Shown piece by piece: positions 1-8,795 of a DNA stretch of 64,000 bases. Source of the DNA: an uncultured Candidatus Binatia bacterium (lineage in GTDB: Bacteria; Desulfobacterota; Binatia; Bin18); the NCBI GenBank assembly GCA_965200965.1, contig OZ241744.1:1120001-1184000 (forward strand), in the 5' to 3' direction. The position numbers were made by a program, and so were the translations under genes. The notes below the pieces were generated by a model. It saw only the letters and a program-made list of their open reading frames with translations. It was not told where the DNA came from and did not search any database. Position 1 is the stretch's first letter, and each line of letters starts with the position of its first letter.

Positions 1-53
1 AGGAGGAGCAGCGCGTTCCAGCCGACCACGCGCAAGGCGGGGCGAAGTGTCAT
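1..53 (-). CDS. SGNH-family paralog, 5' end only (gene runs off the left edge)
   Basis: Reverse strand from ATG at 53 reads MTLRPALRVVGWNALLL, nearly identical to the N-termini of 148..1416 and 5149..6390, with the same upstream leader. Confidence 0.85.
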   Translation of the reverse strand, partial: MTLRPALRVVGWNALLL

Positions 54-147
54 GGAGAAGAGAGGATACACCTGTTTCCTTGCTACTGTCGTTGACCAGC
101 GCGTTCCAGAGCGACTGAACACGCGTATTTGCGCACCCCGCAGACTT

Positions 148-1416
148 TCACGGTGCGCCCTTGGTTGCCGCACCAGCACAGACCTCCTGGTGCTGCCTCA
201 GCCATTCGAGCAGCGCCCCCGCGGCCCAGCGGTGGCCGGCGATGTTCCAGTGTGCATTGTGACGCCACTGCGCATCTCTGAGCGTAGCCCCCTGGCGGAG
301 GATGTAGGCGGCCTGATCAATCACGGGAATGCCAAGCCCCGCGGCCATGCCCTGCAGTCGGTCAAATAGGCGAGGTCCCCAGGACTTCAGCTTCATATCG
401 TGGGACGCCAGAATGACCAGCCTGGTCCCGTCACGGGCGGCGCGCACCTTGAACTGATCGAGTGCAAATGCCGTATAATCCAGGGCATCCTTGAACAATG
501 GCAGCAGATCAACTTGCCCGAACATCTGCATCATCTCATTCCGTGTAGTCGGCAGCCTCCCCTCTAGCAGTGCGGCATAGCGTGGGCGTTGACGCAACAA
601 CTCTACTTGTTGGGCGAATATCTGTTTGGAAGCCGGGCGGGAAGAAAACCACCGCTTCATATGCCCATCCATCTTTTTAGCCAGCCAACTCACAAACCAG
701 GATAGCTTGCTGGCTTCCTCTATAGCACGAACGCTCCAGGATTGGGGAGGGGCAGGGAGGCCAGGCAACCTGGCAGGAGCGGGATGGGGGGGACGGAGTG
801 CCAGCGTCCCATCCGGGTGCCTTGCCACACTGACTTCCGAGAGGCGGTCCGGGTCCCAGTCCCTGCCTAATGTCCGCAGAATTGGAGAGTTGTTCAGAAA
901 ATCGTTCAGCACGAAAACCAGGACTACCAGCTTGGGACGGAGAACCCGGGCATAGGCATCGTAGGACGCGAGTTGCTGGACCTGCCCGGTACCGTGCCGT
1001 CCGAAGGCCGAAGTAGTGACATTCAGGTGGGGCAGGTCGCGGGCAGCGAGTGCCTCAAGCCGGACATGGAACTTGTCGGCGATGGGGACCTGCCTCGCCT
1101 CTACGAAGGAGTCGCCAATCATGGCGAGGTGACAACTTGCCGCGGCGCGTGCGGGACTCGGGGGCTCCCGGTCAAGGAAGCCCAGGCGGTTGGCGCGGGA
1201 GACGGTCCAGAAGTCGAACTGGTTCGTATAGCGCACCTCCGTGTAGGGCTTCCGCATGCGCCCGACCTTGGGGACGAAATGGAACTGATCGCGTACTGTC
1301 ATAAACGGCGTCGTCAGCCGGAAGTACGCCTCCCCGCCGAGCACAATCAGGATCAGCCCCCCGAGGAGGAGCAGCGCGTTCCAGCCCACCACGCGCAAAG
1401 CACGGCGAAGTGTCAT
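148..1416 (-). CDS. Membrane-anchored SGNH/GDSL hydrolase-like protein (AlgX/AlgJ/DltD-like acyltransferase or esterase)
   Basis: 422-aa ORF with an N-terminal TM helix; block I MIGDSFVEA, block II FGRHGTG, block III FVLNDF, block V HNAHWNIAGH. Confidence 0.85.
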   Translation of the reverse strand: MTLRRALRVVGWNALLLLGGLILIVLGGEAYFRLTTPFMTVRDQFHFVPKVGRMRKPYTEVRYTNQFDFWTVSRANRLGFLDREPPSPARAAASCHLAMIGDSFVEARQVPIADKFHVRLEALAARDLPHLNVTTSAFGRHGTGQVQQLASYDAYARVLRPKLVVLVFVLNDFLNNSPILRTLGRDWDPDRLSEVSVARHPDGTLALRPPHPAPARLPGLPAPPQSWSVRAIEEASKLSWFVSWLAKKMDGHMKRWFSSRPASKQIFAQQVELLRQRPRYAALLEGRLPTTRNEMMQMFGQVDLLPLFKDALDYTAFALDQFKVRAARDGTRLVILASHDMKLKSWGPRLFDRLQGMAAGLGIPVIDQAAYILRQGATLRDAQWRHNAHWNIAGHRWAAGALLEWLRQHQEVCAGAATKGAP

Positions 1417-1538
1417 GGAGAAGAGAGAGGATAAGATTTCCTTAGAGAAACACTTGCAGCAGCATCATTCCTGTTACACCGTAGCACACTGCCCGGCCAA
1501 TGTCCCCCCCCTCCCCCCGCCCGGCACCGTAGCCACTA

Positions 1539-3158
1539 ATGGACCGACAGGGTGAGCCGTATCCACCTGTCAGGAGCACGCGGTATTGGACCACCTCCCT
1601 TGTCCGGTTTCACAGACCCGGCTCGGCCTTGTCGCCCTGCCGCTCTGCTGTTACCCTGACGCTCCACCTGCGGAACGCATGTCAGCACCCCATGCCTGGC
1701 GACGAGAGAACGAGCGACGTGCAGGAAACCGCACGAGACCTTCAATTCCCAAGGCGGTCCATGCCGGTCCCGCCCGACATGCGCCACTTGAAGACAGCGT
1801 TCGTTTCCCGCGCACTGGACGCTCTCGTCATCCTGCTTGGGCTGTGGGCTGGTGTCGCGCTGCGCGGGATAGCCTGGACCGACCGCTACACCATCGCCGG
1901 CGTTCTTGCCGTGCTCTTCTTTCATGTCTGCGGGGAGAGTGTCCGGCTCTACCGTCCTTGGCGCGGTGCCTCGCCCCGTCAATATCTGTGGCCGGTGCTC
2001 ATCGCCTGGCTATGGACAGGATTCGGCCTCTTCGTGCTGGCCTGGGTCATGAAGACCACCGGCCACTACTCGCGGATAGCCGTCGGGCTGTGGATGATCT
2101 TCGGCCTGCTCGGCCTGACGGCGTGGCGGGTGTCGAGCCGCGCCTTGCTCGGCGTAGTGCGGGCGCACGGCCACGATACACGGCGCGTCGTGATTGCCGG
2201 TACCGGCGAGCACGGCCAGCGGCTCGCGCATGTCATGCGCTCAACCCCTTCCCTCGGCCTGACCCTGGCCGGCTTCTTCGCCGACCCGGAAGATGAAGAA
2301 CTCCAGGGGGAAGCCCTGCCCACGCCGAGGCTCGGAGACCTCGCCTGTCTGGTGAAACGGACCGAGGCGGGCGAGTTCGACCGCGTCTATGTCGCCCTGC
2401 CTCTGAAGGCCGAAGAACGGGTCAGGGAGTTGGTCCTGGCCTTGTCCAATACCAGCGTAGCCACCTGCATTGTCCCGGCTCCCTTCGTCCACGATCTGGC
2501 CCATTCCCGCTGGACCGCGGTCGGGCCGATACCAGTCATCAATGTCTTCGAAGCGCCGTCCTCGGGCATCACTGGATGGGTCAAGCGAGCGGAAGACCTC
2601 CTGCTCTCGATCCTCATCCTGAGTGTCGCCGCGGTCCCCATGCTGCTGATCGCAGCTGCCATCAAGCTCACGTCTGTCGGCCCGGCGCTGTTCAAACAGC
2701 GCCGGGCCGGGCTCGACGGCCGCGAGATCACGGTGTGGAAGTTTCGCACTATGACCGTGCAGGAAGACGGCGACGACGTGACCCTGGTCGTCAGGGGGGA
2801 CAAACGGGTGACCCCATTCGGCGCGTTCCTGCGCCGTACCTCACTCGACGAGTTGCCCCAGTTTCTCAACGTCCTGCGCGGCGACATGTCCATCGTGGGT
2901 CCGAGGCCCCACGCCGTTGTCATCAACGAAGAGTATCGCCGACTGATTCCTGGCTACATGTTGCGGCACAGGGTCAAGCCCGGACTCACCGGCTGGGCGC
3001 AGGTCCACGGCTGGCGCGGACCGACCGACCGGCTCGAGCAGATAGAGCGGCGGGTCCAGTTCGACCTCTGGTACATCCGCAACTGGTCCCTGTGGCTGGA
3101 CTTGTGGATCATCGCCAGGACGGCCCTGTGCGGATTTGCCGACGACAACGCCTATTGA
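1539..3158 (+). CDS. wcaJ: Undecaprenyl-phosphate glucose phosphotransferase (priming glycosyltransferase)
   Basis: Four N-terminal TM helices, a CoA-binding-like domain (VVIAGTG) and bacterial sugar-transferase motifs KRAED, KFRTM, LDELPQFLNVLRGDMSIVGPRPH, KPGLTGWAQV, DLWYIRNWSLWLD. The true start is probably downstream (ATG 1692 or 1761). Confidence 0.92.
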   Translation: MDRQGEPYPPVRSTRYWTTSLVRFHRPGSALSPCRSAVTLTLHLRNACQHPMPGDERTSDVQETARDLQFPRRSMPVPPDMRHLKTAFVSRALDALVILLGLWAGVALRGIAWTDRYTIAGVLAVLFFHVCGESVRLYRPWRGASPRQYLWPVLIAWLWTGFGLFVLAWVMKTTGHYSRIAVGLWMIFGLLGLTAWRVSSRALLGVVRAHGHDTRRVVIAGTGEHGQRLAHVMRSTPSLGLTLAGFFADPEDEELQGEALPTPRLGDLACLVKRTEAGEFDRVYVALPLKAEERVRELVLALSNTSVATCIVPAPFVHDLAHSRWTAVGPIPVINVFEAPSSGITGWVKRAEDLLLSILILSVAAVPMLLIAAAIKLTSVGPALFKQRRAGLDGREITVWKFRTMTVQEDGDDVTLVVRGDKRVTPFGAFLRRTSLDELPQFLNVLRGDMSIVGPRPHAVVINEEYRRLIPGYMLRHRVKPGLTGWAQVHGWRGPTDRLEQIERRVQFDLWYIRNWSLWLDLWIIARTALCGFADDNAY

Positions 3159-3233
3159 CGCCCCCCCGGCGCGGCGTCACTGATGATGTCAACGACCCGG
3201 TGCGAAGATATGGCAGCCCCTCAAAGAAGCGCC

Positions 3234-3395
3234 ATGGCACACCGTAAACTGCCCAGCGGCATTCAGACCTTCCGGGAATCCGCGAGGACGGCAGCTACGC
3301 CGTTGACAAGACCGCCTACGCGGCGCGGCTGACGGCGGAGGGCAAACGCTCCTCTCTGTCCCGCCCGCGTCGCTTCGGCAAGAGCCTGTTCGGTG
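3234..3395 (+). pseudogene. Remnant 5' end of an AAA-ATPase-like (PF09820-type) protein
   Basis: MAHRKLPSGIQTFRE, a 1-nt frameshift near 3278, then REDGSYAVDKTAY...LSRPRRFGKSLF. This matches the family N-terminus (LPIGIQxF, YVDKT, RPRRFGKSL) and similarity is lost afterwards. Confidence 0.8.
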
Positions 3396-3518
3396 AAGCG
3401 GGCGGCTTGACGCTCTCCCTTAGCCGTGGCAACAGAAGGCAATGATAACGCCCGGTAACAGAGTCTCGACGATGTGGACCGTGCCCCTGGGCAACTCATC
3501 AGGATAAAGATTCGATAG

Positions 3519-4187
3519 ATGATCATTTCTGTTCATGTACCCAAAACAGCAGGCGCGAGCTTCGCGAAGGGTCTCGAATCACGATTGGGGAAACGTTTGC
3601 TGATTGACATGGCAGAGGACCGGCCTTTGGGGCCTTCTCTCTACTCTTGGCCATCGCGCTGGCGGGGTCGAATCCGAGTTCGCTCCCGGGTGGATGAGTT
3701 GCTTGGCAAGTACGACGCTGTCCACGGTCACTTCATGGCATCCAAATACTTCCCGCTAGGCGATCGCGCCGTCTTTTGCATATTTTTTCGCGATCCGACA
3801 GAGCGGATTCTTTCACAATATCGCTATGCGCTGAAGTCTACATCGAGACACTGGTATGGAAGATATAAGGCCACGCTCCTGTCTCCTCTCCAGTATGCGT
3901 CTCTGCCTCGTCATCAACGGCTCTATGCGTTGATGACCAGCGGCTTGCCCCTTGAGCGGTTCGCCTTCGTCGGCATAACAGAAGAATACGAAGCCAGCTT
4001 GACGCTTTTCAAAGCGATCTTCGGCATTGACGTTCCGTATCACCGGACCAACGTCAATGAAGAAATCCCGGACAAATTCAGCCCTCAAGAGAAAGCAGCG
4101 CTCAGAACGACTCAAGGGGCGAATGCTCGCATTTACGATGCGGCGCGGAGGCGATTCGATAGCCTCTACCGTCAGTGGTGCAGCTGA
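3519..4187 (+). CDS. Sulfotransferase family protein
   Basis: 222 aa; 5'-PSB motif HVPKTAGAS, GHF, 3'-PB motif FRDPTERILSQY, FVGITE. Confidence 0.88.
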   Translation: MIISVHVPKTAGASFAKGLESRLGKRLLIDMAEDRPLGPSLYSWPSRWRGRIRVRSRVDELLGKYDAVHGHFMASKYFPLGDRAVFCIFFRDPTERILSQYRYALKSTSRHWYGRYKATLLSPLQYASLPRHQRLYALMTSGLPLERFAFVGITEEYEASLTLFKAIFGIDVPYHRTNVNEEIPDKFSPQEKAALRTTQGANARIYDAARRRFDSLYRQWCS

Positions 4188-4220
4188 TCCAAAGCAGGCA
4201 GACGGCGAACCGGGGTCCTC

Positions 4221-5027
4221 ATGCAGATACTCACGTCCACCGTCAATGCGCGTTTCGACACGGCGCGGGCGGGTCTGGATCCAACACGCTGCGTCGTGGT
4301 CAACCAACTCATCCCCGAAGGCAGCGACGAGGAGAGATGCGTGCGCTATGACCGGTCCGTCGCCGCCGGGTTCGCCGCCTTCGACGAACGGCGCGAACGC
4401 GGCGTGTCGCGCAGCCGCAACCGGGCGATTGATCTGGCGGCGGCGGAGATTTGCCTGATCGGCGACGACGATATCGTCTATGTTCCCGACGTATGTGATC
4501 GTGTGGAGGACGCTTTTGCCAGGTTCCCGCAAGCGGATATCATTACCTTCAGGCAGAAAACGGCCCCCGACGGGGTGCTGCGCAAACCGTATCCGTACCG
4601 TCCCCGCCCACACTCCCTGGTCAGCGTCTGGCACGTCGGGGGGCCGGAAATCGCCTTTCGACGGTCTCGCGTCCGGGAGGCCGGCCTGTCTTTCGACGAG
4701 GCATTCGGCCTTGGGTCCAGGTACGGATCGGACGAAGAGCCCATATTTCTGGCGGACGCCCTCCGCAAGGGCCTGAAACTCATCTTCGTCCCCGACACCA
4801 TCTCCTTCCATCCCATGAACTCAACGGCGTCGCGCGGCACCACCGATACAACCCTGATGTCCTCCAAGGGAGCGGCGATGAAGCGCATTTATGGCAGACT
4901 CGCTCCTCTTGCCATTTGCGTATTTGCCGGCAGGAAGATGATGCAGAGGCGAACCCTGTCGCCGACACTCCTGTGTCGGATGTTCAGGGCATGGGCCGAT
5001 TATGAAAACAGGAAGCACCAGGCTTGA
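4221..5027 (+). CDS. Glycosyltransferase family 2 (GT-A)
   Basis: 268 aa; RGVSRSRNRAI, CLIGDDD (DxD), FDEAFGLG...EE.IFL. Confidence 0.85.
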   Translation: MQILTSTVNARFDTARAGLDPTRCVVVNQLIPEGSDEERCVRYDRSVAAGFAAFDERRERGVSRSRNRAIDLAAAEICLIGDDDIVYVPDVCDRVEDAFARFPQADIITFRQKTAPDGVLRKPYPYRPRPHSLVSVWHVGGPEIAFRRSRVREAGLSFDEAFGLGSRYGSDEEPIFLADALRKGLKLIFVPDTISFHPMNSTASRGTTDTTLMSSKGAAMKRIYGRLAPLAICVFAGRKMMQRRTLSPTLLCRMFRAWADYENRKHQA

Positions 5028-5148
5028 CAAGCAAGTTGGTTTCGGCCCATGCGGCACCCAATCCATCGCCCGATTTTTCAAAGGGACAGGCCGATTGATT
5101 CCCGGATGCCATGGCATAATCCCGAAAAGCTCCTGTGGAGCGACTCGG

Positions 5149-6390
5149 TCAAGGCCGTTTGACGGCGTTCGGCGGCCCGTCACAGACCTTCGGGTGCTGC
5201 CTCAGCCATTCGAGCAGCGCCTCCGCGGCCCAGCGGTGGCCGGTCACATTCCAGTGAGCGTTGTGGTGCCACTCTGCATCTCTGAGCGTGGCCCCCTGGC
5301 GGAGGATGTAGGCAGCCTGATCGATGACGGGAATGCCGAGCGCCGCGGCCATGCCCTGCATCCGGTCAAATAGGCGAGGTCCCCAGAACTTCATGCGGTG
5401 GGACGCCAGAATGACCAGCCTGGCCCCGTCACGGTCGACGCGTGCCTTGAATTGCTCAAGCGCAAAGGCCGTGTAATCCAGGGCCTCCTCAAACAATGGC
5501 GGCAGTTCAGCTTGCCCGAATGTCCGGTCTATCTCGCGTAGCGTACTCGGTGGCAATCCTTTGAAGAGCGCAGCATAGCGCGGGCGTTGGCGCAACAACT
5601 CCGCCCGCCTCCTGTGGTTGAGGTCCCGGGCGATACGGCCCGGCCTCATCCTGGCCGCCAACCAGCTCCCGAACCAGGGGCGCTTGGCTACTGTCTCTAT
5701 GGCGGATGTAATACGGCCGGCCCGGGATTGAGGCAACCTGAGCCTCGCACGGTCGGGATGGGGGGGACGTAATGTCAGCGTCCCATCCGGGTGCCTTGCC
5801 ACGCTCGGCTCCGGAAGGTGTGCTGGATCGTATCCCGTCCCCAGTGCCCGCAGAATTGGAGCGTTGTTCTTAAAATCGTTCGGCACGAACACCAGGACTA
5901 CCAGCTTGGAATGCAGAGGCCGTGCGTAGGCGTCGTAGAGTGCGAGTTGCTGGACTTGGCCGGTGGCTCCGAGCCCAAAGGCCGAGGTGGTGATGTGCAG
6001 GTGGGGCAGGTCGCGGGCAGCGAGCGCCTCGAGGCGGATGTGGAACTTGTCGGCGATGGGGACCTGCATCGCCTCCACGAAGGAGTCGCCGATCATGGTG
6101 AGGTGGCAGCTTGCCGCGGCGCGCGCGGGGCTCGGAGGGTCCCGGTCGAGGAAGCCCAGGCGGTTGGTGCGGGAGACGGTCCAGAAGTCGAGCCGGTTTG
6201 TATGGCGCGTCTCTGTATGGGGCTTCCGCAGGAATCCAACCCCAGGGATGAAGTGGACGGAGCTGCGCGGGGTCATGAACGGTGTCGTCAGCCGGAAGTA
6301 CGCCTCCCCGCCGAGCGCAATCAGGACCAAGCCCCCGAGGAGGAGCAGCACATTCCAGCCGATGAGGCGCAAGGCAGGGCGAAGCTTCAT
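5149..6390 (-). CDS. Membrane-anchored SGNH/GDSL hydrolase-like protein, paralog of 148..1416
   Basis: Start reassigned to ATG 6390 (MKLRPALRLIGWN) by comparison with its paralogs; an in-frame GTG six codons upstream is possible. Motifs MIGDSFVEA, FVPNDF, HNAHWNVTGH. Confidence 0.85.
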   Translation of the reverse strand: MKLRPALRLIGWNVLLLLGGLVLIALGGEAYFRLTTPFMTPRSSVHFIPGVGFLRKPHTETRHTNRLDFWTVSRTNRLGFLDRDPPSPARAAASCHLTMIGDSFVEAMQVPIADKFHIRLEALAARDLPHLHITTSAFGLGATGQVQQLALYDAYARPLHSKLVVLVFVPNDFKNNAPILRALGTGYDPAHLPEPSVARHPDGTLTLRPPHPDRARLRLPQSRAGRITSAIETVAKRPWFGSWLAARMRPGRIARDLNHRRRAELLRQRPRYAALFKGLPPSTLREIDRTFGQAELPPLFEEALDYTAFALEQFKARVDRDGARLVILASHRMKFWGPRLFDRMQGMAAALGIPVIDQAAYILRQGATLRDAEWHHNAHWNVTGHRWAAEALLEWLRQHPKVCDGPPNAVKRP

Positions 6391-6424
6391 GGAGCGGAAG
6401 AGAGGCACACCTGTTTCCTTGTCA

Positions 6425-8515
6425 CTAGGGCGGCGACTGCCAAGTGTGCAAGCTCCTCCGCGCATCGCTGAAGGTGAATGTGCCCTTCCAGATATCCCCT
6501 CCGCGATCAAACTGGCCGGTCTCGATAGCAGCGATAGCGTAGGCAGGCAGAGAGCGCATCGCGATGCAACGCCAGCCAATTGACCCCCCATAGTGGTTCA
6601 AACTGAAATCGAACGCATTGAACGCGTCCCGCTGACGATGCCCCGGCAGATCGGCCGGGTCTACCGGGAAGATGTGCAGGAAAAACCGCGGTCCGGTATA
6701 GCCGGCGTCGCCGTCACCGCAGGCATCCCGAACATAGATCAGTCTGTTATGTTTCTCGTCCAGATACACATCGAAATGAGAACGGATGACGGGGCGGGCA
6801 TCCTTCAGCAGGGCGTGAAAGGCGTGAACAACCGAATCGTTGTGCTGTGCCGCGGAACCGCTGTCGGATGGCGGACGGCTCTGGAGGATGACGCCATCTT
6901 CCAGGATGGCTGCGACTTCCATTCCCGGCAGGGCACCCAAATCTTGCAGGTCATAGTCGTAGTTGCGCCGCCAGAAATCTCTGTAGAACACGGCGAACAC
7001 GATCTCTTCGCCACCCGGGTGCCTGTGTCTGTTGTCAAGCCGATATTTCACATCCGAAAAACGGAGCCCCAAACCGATCGTCTCCCCATCCCGAAATGCT
7101 TTCAAAAAATAAAACAGCGGGGCGGCGTTGCTCACGATGGGGTGGGCAGGTGGGTGAGCCTTCAGATAACGAACAAGCTCGGATTCAGCCCACTGCCTGG
7201 AGTTGTATCCAACTCCGTTATCGATCCACTCTCTTATATCATCGTAATTTGCGCCGACCTGTAACACAAGCCAAAGAGAGACGAGAATCCATCCGGGTTT
7301 CCCTGTTATCATCTTCTTCAACGACGGCGGTCTTGATGCATGAGAGTTCGAGATGAACTCGCCCAGGATGATCGTCGCCGCTACTAATAATGGTGGAAAC
7401 ATGGGCTGCAGATACCTGCTCGGAAGCGTAACGTCGGCAAGGGGAAGGTAGATCATCAGGAAAAGCGCATACACCGACAGAAAAACGATGGAGACGGTCA
7501 GGATGTCACGATTTCTCCCGAGAAATCCGGGGCGGTAGTATGCCAGCGCGTATCCGACACCGATGACCAACATGAGCAAGACGGCAATTTTCAACACAAC
7601 GGCGGCTGTCGTGACATCTCCGGTGCTCTCGACACCCGCCAGTCTCTGCGGGATCCCGTTCAGGAAATGAAATCCGGTTTCTCCGAAAATCCACCTCGTC
7701 ATTTCATCTGTGGCCACATGGAGACTGATCAGGGCAGAAAATCCGTTGGGTCCGGGTTTTCCAAGAAATGTCCCGATAACGAACACATTTCTCAATGCCC
7801 ACAAGCTGAAAGGCACCGCCGCCACGACAAACCAGACCGCGGCGTTCGTCATTTTCGTCACCACAGTGTTTCTCTGGAATACAAGAACGAGCAGACCGGT
7901 CCCGATCAGCGTCACGCCGATATAACGAGTCAGACAGGCGGCGGCGGCGCTGACCGCCGCCAGGAAAAGAAGAGACCTGTTTCCGGTCCCCAGGAACCGA
8001 TCCAGGGCAAAAAGCGAGACAACGACGAGCAAGATGAACAGCATATCGGTCAGTGCGCACGCCCCAAAAAGGGCCAGCCGGATTGACAAGATGCAGGCGC
8101 AGCCTGCCCAAACAGCCAGAACCGGTGACTGGACGCGACCTTTCAACCACAGGGAGACGACGAAGACCGTCAACCCGAACGCAGCGGCATTGGCATAGCT
8201 GGCGGCCTCCATGACTTCCAAACCGAACAGGCGAGCGACAATGGCCAAAGTCACGGGGAAGAGCGGGCCCGCGCTCTGGTATGGGCGGTCGAGGCTCGTG
8301 ACCAAGCCGTTGCCGTCCAACAGATTCTGCGCGGCCGATATGTACCGGTGCGAGTCCCAGTTCAGCCCTATCCCGTATGTCGTTTGCCGCAACAGAATAA
8401 GCAGAGCGCCGACCCCGCCGAGCGCGACCGGAAACGCCGTCAACCAGTCTCTCTTGAACCTTGTCATGTGTCTGAGCCCGCTGGCGAGTCGAATCTTCCC
8501 GTCAGGTGAGCCCAT
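6425..8515 (-). CDS. GT-C fold (ArnT/PMT-like) membrane glycosyltransferase with one C-terminal Cys-pair module
   Basis: 696 aa, multiple TM helices; first loop LNWDSHRY, TRYIG. The C-terminal FDVYL..LIYVRDAC..RFFLHIFP..FDF..CIA..LPAY.I..IETGQ domain is homologous to the array terminal module. Confidence 0.78.
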   Translation of the reverse strand: MGSPDGKIRLASGLRHMTRFKRDWLTAFPVALGGVGALLILLRQTTYGIGLNWDSHRYISAAQNLLDGNGLVTSLDRPYQSAGPLFPVTLAIVARLFGLEVMEAASYANAAAFGLTVFVVSLWLKGRVQSPVLAVWAGCACILSIRLALFGACALTDMLFILLVVVSLFALDRFLGTGNRSLLFLAAVSAAAACLTRYIGVTLIGTGLLVLVFQRNTVVTKMTNAAVWFVVAAVPFSLWALRNVFVIGTFLGKPGPNGFSALISLHVATDEMTRWIFGETGFHFLNGIPQRLAGVESTGDVTTAAVVLKIAVLLMLVIGVGYALAYYRPGFLGRNRDILTVSIVFLSVYALFLMIYLPLADVTLPSRYLQPMFPPLLVAATIILGEFISNSHASRPPSLKKMITGKPGWILVSLWLVLQVGANYDDIREWIDNGVGYNSRQWAESELVRYLKAHPPAHPIVSNAAPLFYFLKAFRDGETIGLGLRFSDVKYRLDNRHRHPGGEEIVFAVFYRDFWRRNYDYDLQDLGALPGMEVAAILEDGVILQSRPPSDSGSAAQHNDSVVHAFHALLKDARPVIRSHFDVYLDEKHNRLIYVRDACGDGDAGYTGPRFFLHIFPVDPADLPGHRQRDAFNAFDFSLNHYGGSIGWRCIAMRSLPAYAIAAIETGQFDRGGDIWKGTFTFSDARRSLHTWQSPP

Positions 8516-8795
8516 GCCCGCTCGTTGAGTGGCGTTGTCGGGAAGACCTGTTCGCAGAGGTTCAGCGCGTTGTCACCTTCCATGATCTTCACATGATCTT
8601 CAGGTACTCCAACGGCGTGTCGATGTTGTCGAGGTCGGCCTTCTGCCACCCTTCGGCGACCGCGTCGCTGTAGTCTGAAGTCTCAGGAATCGTCCTCCGG
8701 GTCGGCAGCCGACGAAAGAATGACCGAAGCCAGGGACAGGATCAGAGTCAAGGATAGATCGAAGCACTGCCGCATATCGTTACCCCCCTGGTTCT

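Noticed and set aside
1500-1525. C-rich tract upstream of wcaJ as a phase-variable promoter
   Set aside because: The tract is interrupted and no promoter elements could be placed around it with confidence.
5030-5095. Possible sulfotransferase N-terminal remnant (QVGFGPCGTQSIARFF)
   Set aside because: Resembles a GF.KCGT.S motif but is too short and lacks a start or continuation.
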